The notes beneath the pieces were generated by a model. The model did not search any database, was not told where the DNA came from, and worked only from the letters and a program-made list of their open reading frames with translations. The translations under genes were made by a program, and so were the position numbers. Shown here piece by piece: positions 1 through 8,721 of a stretch of DNA of 29,828 nucleotides. Source of the DNA: Sulfolobaceae archaeon (lineage in GTDB: Archaea; Thermoproteota; Thermoprotei_A; Sulfolobales; Sulfolobaceae). The DNA lies in contig JAWARQ010000009.1 in assembly GCA_038893355.1 (NCBI GenBank), positions 1-29,828 on the forward strand. The letters run 5' to 3'. Position 1 is the first letter of the stretch. Every line of letters starts with the position of its first letter.

Positions 1-162
1 TTGGCTGAGATGAATTATTCTAGGAACCCGACGTTGTTGAAGTTTTATGAGTCTCATAAGGATAGGTTGCAAGGTAAGAAGTTGTATGTTGCATTAGCGA
101 GGAAGTTGGCAAGGATTGTTTGGAGTGTTTGGTATAATAATAAGCCTTATGAGCCAAAGTGA
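1..162 (+). CDS. IS110-family transposase/recombinase, C-terminal part (cut by window edge)
   Basis: Frame 1 reads LAEMNYSRNPTLLKFYESHKDRLQGKKLYVALARKLARIVWSVWYNNKPYEPK*. The ALARKLARIVW motif is typical of the IS110 C-terminus. Confidence 0.9.
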   Translation: MAEMNYSRNPTLLKFYESHKDRLQGKKLYVALARKLARIVWSVWYNNKPYEPK

Positions 163-244
163 TTAGGAACCCTCCCCTAATCGCCACGTGGGCCTTTTAG
201 ACCCACGTGGCAATGTTAGCTTATACTATGCTTGAAATATGACC

Positions 245-257
245 GAAAGATTTATTA
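245..257 (+). promoter_or_regulatory. BRE-TATA in IS110 right end, pointing outward
   Basis: GAAAGA-TTTATTA matches the Sulfolobales BRE/TATA pattern and is conserved in the mini copies at 4572, 19664 and 27639. Confidence 0.55.
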
Positions 258-265
258 CTGAACGC

Positions 266-415
266 CCCAACGAGGGGCTTCATTCCTCACTAAGGGATAG
301 GCTTGTACGCTTCAAGAGGGCTACGAAGGCAGTAAATAGGAGCATAAGCATGATAAAGTACTCCATAGCACCAGTCTTATGGGAGAGAAGACTAATCCCA
401 GAATTTATACCCTAA
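266..415 (+). pseudogene. IS1-family transposase C-terminal remnant (ISC796-like), interrupted by the IS110
   Basis: PNEGLHSSLRDRLVRFKRATKAVNRSISMIKYSIAPVLWERRLIPEFIP* resembles the IS1 InsB tail (E..N..LR..L.RL.R.T). Confidence 0.75.
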
Positions 416-439
416 TGACGACACTATCTCCAGACTGCC
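402..439 (+). repeat. IS1-family right terminal region/IR (...ACGACACTATCTCCAGACTGCC)
   Basis: Overlaps and follows the transposase stop. Recurs at 18475-18510 and, split, at 27633-27700. Confidence 0.7.
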
Positions 440-440
440 T

Positions 441-573
441 GAACTAATAAATACTTTGAACTTACTCTCTTATTTATTTTTATTGTTTATTAGAAAAAAG
501 AAATCTCAGTTAGTAAGAATATTTCTTATACTAACGTAACGTAAAAAATGTAACGATTTTCCTATAGGTGCTA
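441..573 (-). mobile_element. Truncated copy of the IS630-like MITE seen at 26087-26348
   Basis: Reverse complement TAGCACCTATAGGAAAATCGTTACATTTTTTACGTTACGTTA...AAAGTATTTATTAGTTC aligns with 26087-26220; cut off at the IS1 end. Confidence 0.7.
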
Positions 574-890
574 TGAGGAAATATGGATGATGAAGTAGGA
601 AAAAGGATTAAGGACGTTAATAGGGACGCTAAAGTTTTGTTTGTTTTATTGTAATGTAATTAGAATTTTATTTAAATAATTATTTAAAGTATCTAGTTTA
701 AACTTATTCAGTAAGATGAAGAGTATTGTGACTCTCTTGATTTTATTAAGTGTCTAAATTCTTAATGATGAGATTATTTAATATGAGTATCTATTCATAC
801 ACAAGTTTAGTCTAAAGTTTTAAACTCTTTTCTACATAAGTTGCTGTAATTAGAGGGAATTTTTATTAGAGCAGATTGCTAAACTCTCTC

Positions 891-1505
891 ATGCTCGTCT
901 CATTTGATTGTTACGGTACCCTAGTGGATTGGAAGAAATCAATAGGAGATTTCCTGCACTATCATTTCGGGGGCAATGAGATAGTAAGATCATTCTTCAA
1001 TTGTGAGTATAGCACAATAGGGAAGGGCTACAGAAGATATAAGGAAATTCTAGCGGAATGTCTTAGAGTAGCCTCTGGCGTAAAGGATAGCAGATTAGAA
1101 ATGGCATTAATATTGTCCTTTGCAAAATCTCCTCCGTTTCCAGATGTATACTATGGTCTATTACTACTAAAAGAGAGGGGATATAAGCTAGCTATAATTT
1201 CAAATACTGATAAGGATCTAATAAAGATCACGCTAGCAGGTTTTGAGGAAATTTTTGACTATATAATAACCGCTGAGGACACTAAATATTATAAACCAAA
1301 TCCCTTAGCATTTAAGACGGCTTACGAACTAATGAAAGTAAAGCATGAAGAGGTAGTTCATGTCTCTGCTTATCCTGAATATGATTTAGAGGCTGTGAGT
1401 TCATTAGGAATAAAAAACGTGATGATAGACAGATACGGCTATAACTGGAAGCCTAAAGTCAAGGATATGGTAGAATTAGCTAGGTTTATTGAATATATTA
1501 GGTAG
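891..1505 (+). CDS. HAD-superfamily hydrolase (haloacid dehalogenase type II-like)
   Basis: FDCYGTLVDW motif I, ISN motif II, YKP and HVS...D motifs. ATG 891 preferred over TTG 876. Confidence 0.9.
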   Translation: MLVSFDCYGTLVDWKKSIGDFLHYHFGGNEIVRSFFNCEYSTIGKGYRRYKEILAECLRVASGVKDSRLEMALILSFAKSPPFPDVYYGLLLLKERGYKLAIISNTDKDLIKITLAGFEEIFDYIITAEDTKYYKPNPLAFKTAYELMKVKHEEVVHVSAYPEYDLEAVSSLGIKNVMIDRYGYNWKPKVKDMVELARFIEYIR

Positions 1506-1603
1506 CTAGGATCCTGATGATAATAAAGTAGAGGATTAATCGTCGGTATTGGCCCGAACATTAGTTCGTAAATTTTTTAAGTGTAAAAAAGAAAAGATCT
1601 ATA

Positions 1604-2950
1604 ATGTCTATAAGTGAACTTAGGAAAGTTGTAGTAGCAGCCTCGGTTGGAACTCTTTTCGAATATTATGATTTACTACTGAGTGCAACTGCAGCTGGTA
1701 TTGTTTGGCCTAAACTCTACTTTATACCTGCAAGTTCTGATCCTAATGTAGGCCTAGCACTTTCGTTATCTACGGTAGGTATAGCCTTTATTGTGAGACC
1801 TCTAGGCGGATTTATATTTGGTCATATAGGTGACAAGTTAGGCAGAAAGTCTACACTTTTACTCACGCTCTTCTTAATGTTTATAGGAACTTTAGGCTTA
1901 GGAGTTTTACCCACCTATTATGAAATTGGTGTCATATCAGTTTACCTATTAATAGCATTTAGGATAATACAAGGTATCGGGTTTGGCGGAGAATGGGGAG
2001 GTGCAGCTGCATGGATAACTGAGTTTGCTAAGAAATTTAATCAAGACCCGATATATTGGACGAGCTTCCTACAGGGTGCAGTGTTATTTGGAATAGCACT
2101 ATCTACAATAGGCTTCTCTTTAGCTTCTATGCTACCTCAACAAGACTTTCTAAATTGGGGTTGGAGAGTTCTATTCATAGTGGGTGCATTAATTGTAATT
2201 TTAGGAGGAATAATAAGGTACTATACGTCTGAAAGTCCTTTATTCCTAGAGGCTATGAGAAGTAGAGAGATTTCAAAATCTCCAGGTATAGAAACATTGA
2301 AGCTTTATTGGAAGAGAATATTATTGTTAGCAATGAGTTGGTGGTACATGACCGTGACCACCGTATTAATTGCGACCCCTTACTCTATCCAGTTGGCCTC
2401 ACAATTAGGTGTTAAGGGAATTCTAGGATTACAGACCCAGGCTTTCATGAATTTAGTTATAGGAATTGGCTACATTGCAGGTGGAATTGCGTCGATAATT
2501 ATTGGCTTAATCAGTAATAAGAGTAGAAAGAAGGTGGATATTATAAAAACAAATATAATATTTTCAATCTCTTCTGGAATATTAATATATGCCTACTTCT
2601 TGCTTATCTTAACTAAAGACCCCCTGCTAATAGTGTTAGCTTCAATAGTATTTTTCGGGGTGGTATTTTACCCGTTTGGGGCAGTAGCTGCATGGTTCAG
2701 TGAGGGTTTTCCAACAAAGTATAGATATACTGGAACTGGTTTATCGTACCAATTCGGCGGGCTATTGAGCGGATTAATTTCTTCATTGGTACCCCCATTA
2801 ATAATATTACTAACTAACTTGCCCATTAGTAGTCTTTGGATCTATTATGCAGTGACTTATACTATAATATGTATAGTATCTGCAATTTCTACGTTTATTT
2901 ACTCGGAATTAGCGAAAAAGATTCTACCGTTACAAGATAAGAAAGTATAA
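1604..2950 (+). CDS. MFS transporter, metabolite:H+ symporter (ShiA/ProP-like)
   Basis: GTLFEYYD, RPLGG..FGHIGDKLGRK, GGEWGG and WGWR motifs; ~12 hydrophobic segments. Confidence 0.92.
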   Translation: MSISELRKVVVAASVGTLFEYYDLLLSATAAGIVWPKLYFIPASSDPNVGLALSLSTVGIAFIVRPLGGFIFGHIGDKLGRKSTLLLTLFLMFIGTLGLGVLPTYYEIGVISVYLLIAFRIIQGIGFGGEWGGAAAWITEFAKKFNQDPIYWTSFLQGAVLFGIALSTIGFSLASMLPQQDFLNWGWRVLFIVGALIVILGGIIRYYTSESPLFLEAMRSREISKSPGIETLKLYWKRILLLAMSWWYMTVTTVLIATPYSIQLASQLGVKGILGLQTQAFMNLVIGIGYIAGGIASIIIGLISNKSRKKVDIIKTNIIFSISSGILIYAYFLLILTKDPLLIVLASIVFFGVVFYPFGAVAAWFSEGFPTKYRYTGTGLSYQFGGLLSGLISSLVPPLIILLTNLPISSLWIYYAVTYTIICIVSAISTFIYSELAKKILPLQDKKV

Positions 2951-3174
2951 TTTTTAAGTTTTCCTCAAAATCACAGGTTGGGTTATAAACAAGGTTAGGG
3001 AAGAGAGGATACATTTAACAGTACTTGCAAGGGTTGTAATTCATGATTTGTATTGGTCTAAAGCGTTAGAGTAAAAATCTCGAAATACTATATACTCAGG
3101 GAGAATAAAACTAATTTATCCCAGACTCCCAAATAAGAATAATAGTTTTAAGTATATTCAGGAAATGAATAACT

Positions 3175-3702
3175 ATGGAGAAGGATCTTTACACTGTTGG
3201 AGAAGAGTATGTTGAGTCTAGGATCATTAAGAGTTTGTCGGATCTATTTCTTTCTCTTACTTTATGGAAGGAAGGATATACTAGAAATTCTGCCGGAAAA
3301 GCTTTCAATGCCGTGAGGGCATTACTTAGTGCCTTAATAGTCGTTAATGAAGATAAACTGCTTAGCCTAGCAAAAGATGATAAGGAAAAAGAGTGGATTA
3401 AGAAAAAAGCCCACACAGTCCCTACACGTAGCATGTATTCCTTGGCACATATGTTAAAAGAGATCGGAATTGATATCCTAAACCTCGTTAATTATGCGTT
3501 AAACCTTCACGATTATCAATATAACGGTTTTGAGCCTGATTTCAGCAGGTATAGTAGGAAAGAGGATGTATTTACTGACCTAATTACCGTCATAAAGGAG
3601 ACTAAAAGCTTGATATACACATATTTCCCAAAATATGAGGTTAAGGAAATATCTGAGAAAATCGACGGATTAGTTAAGGAATTAACAGAAGGGCGTGAAT
3701 GA
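3175..3702 (+). CDS. PaREP1-family protein
   Basis: RNSAGKAFNAVRALLSAL and ALNLHDYQYNG motifs typical of crenarchaeal PaREP1. Confidence 0.8.
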   Translation: MEKDLYTVGEEYVESRIIKSLSDLFLSLTLWKEGYTRNSAGKAFNAVRALLSALIVVNEDKLLSLAKDDKEKEWIKKKAHTVPTRSMYSLAHMLKEIGIDILNLVNYALNLHDYQYNGFEPDFSRYSRKEDVFTDLITVIKETKSLIYTYFPKYEVKEISEKIDGLVKELTEGRE

Positions 3703-3887
3703 GAATCTAGATTTATAGTCTTTTTCATATTAGTTGCAAAGGATAGCTAGGTGCCTAATACGAAGTAGTGATTGGAGTAGCAAACACATTTTGTATTGCC
3801 GAATGTTATTTTCTCCTCGCATTTACTATGAAAAAGACTAAGCTGATATGGGCTAAGTTTTAACATTATCTTAACCCTTTATTTTCG

Positions 3888-3916
3888 GTTTAACTTAACG
3901 AAGCGTAGAGTTAAAC
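3888..3916. promoter_or_regulatory. Inverted-repeat operator upstream of vapBC
   Basis: GTTTAACT-N13-AGTTAAAC immediately before the TATA-like TTATTAA. Confidence 0.55.
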
Positions 3917-3944
3917 TTATTAATTAATTTGATAATTTAATCTT

Positions 3945-4175
3945 ATGCAGAAGCTAAAGATTCACAAGAAGGGGATTATAGTTATTCCTAAAGAGATAAG
4001 GGAAAGACTTAATTTAAAGGAGGGAGATGAGGTTAACGTAGTATATGACGATGAAGGCATCTACATATTCCCTAAGCATGAAATTAAGGAATATTTCGGA
4101 AGCGATAAGGATGCCCTAAAAGCACTTGAAATTTTAATGGATATGAGGAGAAAGGAACGTGAGAATAATACTTGA
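3945..4175 (+). CDS. vapB: AbrB/MazE/SpoVT-type antitoxin
   Basis: KKGIIVIPKEIRERLNLKEGD motif; overlaps the downstream PIN gene. Confidence 0.9.
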   Translation: MQKLKIHKKGIIVIPKEIRERLNLKEGDEVNVVYDDEGIYIFPKHEIKEYFGSDKDALKALEILMDMRRKERENNT

Positions 4176-4542
4176 TACTTCTGCACTAATTCTTTATTTT
4201 TATGGGAACTTAGACGTGAAGGAGGTAATAGAAGACGCCGAGGAGGTTTACGTTAATCCCATTAACTTAACAGAGTTCCTTTACGTTTATACTAAGATTA
4301 AGGGTTGGAAGGAAGCCCTATTCAAGTACACTCTTATAAAGAACTCATTTAAAACAATTAACGTAGATGACGAGATCGTAAGGACTTCAGCTAAGTTAAA
4401 GGTTAAGTATAATATTTCATTAGGGGACTCCTATCTCCTTGCATCAGCAAAACTCCTTAACTTAATTGCAGTGACCAGCGACCATGAACTAGAGAAAGTT
4501 AAGGAAGTTAAAGTAAAAGTGATTAAACAGAAGAGTATCTAG
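4159..4542 (+). CDS. vapC: PIN-domain toxin
   Basis: ILDTSAL, conserved E, SLGDSYLLA, TSDHEL. Confidence 0.92.
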   Translation: MRIILDTSALILYFYGNLDVKEVIEDAEEVYVNPINLTEFLYVYTKIKGWKEALFKYTLIKNSFKTINVDDEIVRTSAKLKVKYNISLGDSYLLASAKLLNLIAVTSDHELEKVKEVKVKVIKQKSI

Positions 4543-4546
4543 CATT

Positions 4547-4885
4547 CTGACTTCTCACCGCCCTAGAGGGTGGCGTTCAGTAATAAACCTTTCGGTCATA
4601 TTTCAAGCATAGTGTAAGCTAACATTGCCACTATATAGTTTCCCCTCATCGGTTCGGGTTTACATCCTTCATTTAAGATGCAGACGAGAGATTCAGAGAC
4701 CATTCCATTATCACAACAATACCCTTATCATTCTCGTAACTGCCGGGCATTTAAGCCAAAAGGCGAGAAACCCTAACTATCTTTCGACCACAATTAGGGC
4801 AAGAGGTAGAAGAATAGCAAGGATTAACAAAAACAACAAGGATACAATGCTTCCTTGCCCGCTACTTAATCCAATATTGAACCCT
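4547..4885 (-). pseudogene. tnpB: IS200/IS605 tnpB 3' remnant with right end (ISC1316-like)
   Basis: Minus strand reads [34 protein letters not shown]...YEND...MKDVNPNR*, then a right-end hairpin CCACCCTCTAGGGCGG and GAAGTCAG; contains stops and frameshifts. Confidence 0.8.
4572..4639 (-). mobile_element. Mini IS110 derivative, family 1 (68 bp)
   Basis: AC-TATATA followed by 58/60 identity to 207-266; inserted in the tnpB right end. Confidence 0.75.
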
Positions 4886-4978
4886 ACTTTTTTAATCCTC
4901 TATTAAGTTAATTAAAACGTCTTTCATGATAATTTAGCTGGTTCTAGGAATATGAGGATTCATACCTAGTGTTGAAAT

Positions 4979-5695
4979 CTACCAGTACTTTCCAAATATT
5001 TTTTTCAAAAACGGTGTTTTCTCTATTTTTTCTCTAGTGAGATATTCGATATATAGACCTTTGGGCTTTGGTCTTCTCGGACTAACATAATGAATCCTTT
5101 CTGGAGTAACTATTATATCCACGGGCACATCGAATACCTCAGTGGGAATCTTATCGACTATCTGTAATTCATGAACAGTAGTTGCTATGGGCGTAAATTC
5201 ATCCACTTTTCCTAATTCTCTCAATATTGCAAACTCCAATTCACTATAACCCTCACCTTTTCCCACTCTTTCTCCCTTTAGTGTTACGGCTACTGAACCA
5301 GTTACTATCATGTCAATTTTTGAAATTGATGAAAAATCGGTAACTTTACCGTATCTCATAACCCCTGGGATTGTTGATGCTCTATAAAAGTCGTCAATTT
5401 CATTAGGGTCTAATAAATAAAATTCTCCGCGAAGCCTAGGTGTAGGCACTATCAATATTTTTCCATGTTTTAGTACTAATTCTCTTACTGGCCTCTGTGG
5501 AGAATCCGGACTTACTTTAATTACCTTACTCTTCTTGAATTCTTCAGTTCTAGTAAGGTTTATTGCTGCTTTTTCAGAGCCAATAAAGTTAGGTATTCTT
5601 CCTATTATCGGTAAGGGAAATCTGGCTACCCTCTTTTCCTCTAATACCTTCCATATTCTCATTCTTATTTCTTGTTTTATTTCAGTAGTGTTCAC
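4979..5695 (-). CDS. 5-formyltetrahydrofolate cyclo-ligase family protein (MTHFSD-like)
   Basis: GRIPNF, PDSPQ, VPTPRL, GSVAV...RVGKGEGY, DVPVDIIVTP. Confidence 0.9.
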   Translation of the reverse strand: MNTTEIKQEIRMRIWKVLEEKRVARFPLPIIGRIPNFIGSEKAAINLTRTEEFKKSKVIKVSPDSPQRPVRELVLKHGKILIVPTPRLRGEFYLLDPNEIDDFYRASTIPGVMRYGKVTDFSSISKIDMIVTGSVAVTLKGERVGKGEGYSELEFAILRELGKVDEFTPIATTVHELQIVDKIPTEVFDVPVDIIVTPERIHYVSPRRPKPKGLYIEYLTREKIEKTPFLKKIFGKYW

Positions 5696-5801
5696 AATAG
5701 AACTTAAGTATTGAGGTATAAAAGCAAGAAAATTATGAAGGAAGAATGCACTTCCTTTTATTTCGGAATAGCTTTGGAAAGATATTTAAACTGAATCAGA
5801 A

Positions 5802-7229
5802 ATGATGTATTCTATGGACAGGCTTATTTTTCTCCTAACGCTAGGAACCTTTATGGCATCTATTGATGCAACAATTGTTGTTCTCGCATTACCTATTATA
5901 TCAGAGGAATTGTCATCACCCCTATTCCTAACTTCTTGGATTATAATACTTTATACATTGGTAATAGCAGTATTTACAACCCAGCTAGGCAGAATTGGGG
6001 ACATTTATGGTAGGGCTAAAATGTATAATTTAGGTTTTATGATATTTACAATTGGTTCTGCACTTTGTGGATTTTCTATCAACATCTTCATGTTATTGGC
6101 ATCTAGGGTAATTCAAGCTATAGGTGGTGCATTACTTCAGGCTAATTCTGGTGCTATAATAGCGGATAATTATCCTAGACAGAGAATAGGTAGACCGTTT
6201 GGGTATTTAGCGCTAGGCTGGAATTTAGGTGCGACTGCAGGAGTTTTCCTAGGTGGTTTGATAACTACTTTACTAGGTTGGAGGTTTATATTCTTTATAA
6301 ACATACCAGTAGGGGTAGTAGCCACGACATTGGGATTTAAAGTTCTTAAGGATAAGAATAAGGTTAATGCTAAATTAGATATCCTAGGGGCCTCTTTACT
6401 GTTAATATCATTAACGTTATATTCCCTGAGCTCTTCTTACATAACAGTTGAGGGGATAAGTCTCTCTAACGTAATCTTGATTATCTTAGGTACAATCTTC
6501 TTACTATTATTCATACTCACCGAGAGAACTGCAGAAAGTCCTTTAATAGATCTTAGAGTATTTAAGAATAGGGTACTTTCTGCATCTCTATTTGCATCAT
6601 TATTTCAGAGCCTGGGAGCGATCTCAATATCTTTTCTATTCACGTTATATCTTCAAGGGATAAGGGGATTTACACCACTCTATACTTCTCTAATCCTATC
6701 ACCGTCCTATATACTAGCTAGCATTTTTTCGCCCATAGCAGGTAGACTTACGGATAAGTATGGTGCAAGAGTAATAGCGACATTGGGCTTAAGTATTATG
6801 TTAGTTGCAGTGGTATGCTACATACTCTTACTTACTCCAGATACTTCAATTCTTCTCATAGCATTAGTTTCGTCATTAATAGGAGTTGGTAGTTCATTAT
6901 TTTACCCCGCTAATAATAGTGCGATAATGGGGAATGCTAGAGCTGAATATTATGGCTCGATAAGTGGAATGTTAAGGACTTTGGGTAACATTGGAATTTT
7001 AGGGAGTTATGCATTATCAATTAGCATATCATCACTCACAATACCTAGGAATATTGCACTTAGTGTATTTTCTGGCTCGGTCTCCTTAGGTGGTCTGCCT
7101 ATTGAATATATATCTGGAATTAGAGATTCGTTAATAGTTTCAGTAGGGATAATAGTAGTTGCAATAATCCTTTCTTTAATAAGAGGAAAAGAGGAGAGAT
7201 TATCAGCTAGAAGCGATTTTAACCACTAA
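5802..7229 (+). CDS. MFS drug:H+ antiporter, DHA2/EmrB-like
   Basis: IDATIVVLALP, GRIGDIYGR, WRFIFFINIPVG, PLIDL; ~14 TM. Confidence 0.92.
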   Translation: MMYSMDRLIFLLTLGTFMASIDATIVVLALPIISEELSSPLFLTSWIIILYTLVIAVFTTQLGRIGDIYGRAKMYNLGFMIFTIGSALCGFSINIFMLLASRVIQAIGGALLQANSGAIIADNYPRQRIGRPFGYLALGWNLGATAGVFLGGLITTLLGWRFIFFINIPVGVVATTLGFKVLKDKNKVNAKLDILGASLLLISLTLYSLSSSYITVEGISLSNVILIILGTIFLLLFILTERTAESPLIDLRVFKNRVLSASLFASLFQSLGAISISFLFTLYLQGIRGFTPLYTSLILSPSYILASIFSPIAGRLTDKYGARVIATLGLSIMLVAVVCYILLLTPDTSILLIALVSSLIGVGSSLFYPANNSAIMGNARAEYYGSISGMLRTLGNIGILGSYALSISISSLTIPRNIALSVFSGSVSLGGLPIEYISGIRDSLIVSVGIIVVAIILSLIRGKEERLSARSDFNH

Positions 7230-7811
7230 CTCGCCCTTCTCTGTGAGCTTTAAATCTTCAGTTACTAAACCCTCTTTTTGTAACTCCTTAACCCTCCGCC
7301 AGGTTGTTGATAATGGTATTCCGACGTACTTATGGATTGCCGTAATAGTATTATAACCCATTTGTATAGCAAGTAAAATGTTCACATGGTCTATAGATAG
7401 GGATAATGGCCTAAGGTAGTCTATTTCAAAACTTATAATACTTAATAAATCCTCAGTTTCTATCTCTACCCTAGCATTTTTGCCCGAAAGAGTGAATGCT
7501 ATGAGAATTTCAACTATTAGAGCCCTCATTCCTCCACTTAAATTAACTATAAACTCTTTTGTCTTATATTTTGAGATAAAAGAGATTATCTTCGCAACAG
7601 CACTTTTGAAATCTCTAGGGTCGACCTCAAGATATTCGTAGTCAATTTCTGCGGTTTTAAGAAAGTTAACCAAAGAGTCAAAGGCCTTCTTTGACCTCTC
7701 GTCGTCTAACTTTCCAACAATTACTACCTTTTCTAGCTCCTTATAGTTCCTCATGACCGCCCTAATCTGGAATTTCTCGTCAAAGCCCAATGATGCTAGG
7801 AGAATTTTCAC
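7203..7811 (-). CDS. csa3: Csa3-family CARF-wHTH transcriptional regulator
   Basis: SLGFDEKFQIRA and NLSGGMR CARF motifs, plus a C-terminal wHTH (STTWRRVKEL...LTEKG). Confidence 0.85.
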   Translation of the reverse strand: MKILLASLGFDEKFQIRAVMRNYKELEKVVIVGKLDDERSKKAFDSLVNFLKTAEIDYEYLEVDPRDFKSAVAKIISFISKYKTKEFIVNLSGGMRALIVEILIAFTLSGKNARVEIETEDLLSIISFEIDYLRPLSLSIDHVNILLAIQMGYNTITAIHKYVGIPLSTTWRRVKELQKEGLVTEDLKLTEKGELVVKIASS

Positions 7812-7896
7812 ACAATCTTAACTTCTGCTTTGCTTAAAAATTTTCCGTAGTAATGATAGGGCTAACAAATTTAATCTATACTTCAAAAACTCTAGT

Positions 7897-8721
7897 ATGG
7901 AGACACTTATTATGGTAGAAAGGGTATGGAAATACTTTGGTAAGCTTCTGGTTAATGAGGATATAAGCTTACATGTTGACAGTGGTGAGATAGTATCACT
8001 TTTAGGCCCTAATGGTGCAGGCAAAACTACGCTAGTTAAACAGATATATGGAGAATTAAAGCCGGATAAGGGTACGATAAGGGTTCTTGGCAAAGACCCT
8101 AATTCTATTGAAGTAAAGAGGAAAATGGGTATTATACCACAAGAAACTGAACCATTCGAAGACCTCACGGTTGAAGATAACATTTACTTTATGGGAAAAC
8201 TGAAGGGTATGAAGAAAGACGAAGTCTTAAGGAATCTAAGGAACTTGTTAGAGGCCTTAGGCTTAGAGGATTATAGAAAGAAGTTAGCTAGGAACCTCTC
8301 TGGTGGATTAAAGAGGAAGCTGTTAATCGCAATGGCTTTAGTTAATGATCCAGAAATAGTAATAATGGATGAACCAACGACAGGGCTAGATCCTATATCT
8401 AGGAGGGAAGTATGGGAAATCCTCGATAAAATAAGGAAAGATGGGAGGGGAATACTTTTAACTACTCATTATATGGAGGAGGCAGAAAGGCTGTCAGATA
8501 GGATATATTTCATTAATAGGAGGATAATAGCAGAAGGCACTACGCATGAAATAAAGGAAAAATTTTCTAGTTGGTATGAAGTTTATGATTATAGTACTGG
8601 GAATATTTATAGAGTTAGAACTGAAGAGATTAAGGACTTTTTAATGAAGTTAAATGGAAAGTTCGAGGTAAGGCTACCTTCCCTGGAGGAAGTGTATTTA
8701 AAGGTGGTGAAGAATGATTAG
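7897..8721 (+). CDS. ABC transporter ATP-binding subunit (ABC-2/drug exporter type)
   Basis: GPNGAGKTT, LSGG, DEPT, TTHY. Confidence 0.95.
   Translation: METLIMVERVWKYFGKLLVNEDISLHVDSGEIVSLLGPNGAGKTTLVKQIYGELKPDKGTIRVLGKDPNSIEVKRKMGIIPQETEPFEDLTVEDNIYFMGKLKGMKKDEVLRNLRNLLEALGLEDYRKKLARNLSGGLKRKLLIAMALVNDPEIVIMDEPTTGLDPISRREVWEILDKIRKDGRGILLTTHYMEEAERLSDRIYFINRRIIAEGTTHEIKEKFSSWYEVYDYSTGNIYRVRTEEIKDFLMKLNGKFEVRLPSLEEVYLKVVKND

Larger units (their letters stand above)
1..266 (+). mobile_element. IS110-family element (ISC1190/ISC1229-like), right part; right end at ...CTGAACG-CC
   Basis: Transposase tail, then a hairpin GCCACGTGGG/CCCACGTGGC (183-192/202-211). The end is defined by three other copies in the window whose similarity stops at GAACG(C/T)C. 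Confidence 0.85.

Noticed and set aside
4625-4906. 93-aa plus-strand ORF
   Set aside because: Antisense shadow of the tnpB remnant.
7203-7811. CRISPR array or cas operon near csa3
   Set aside because: No regularly spaced repeats or cas genes seen anywhere in the window.
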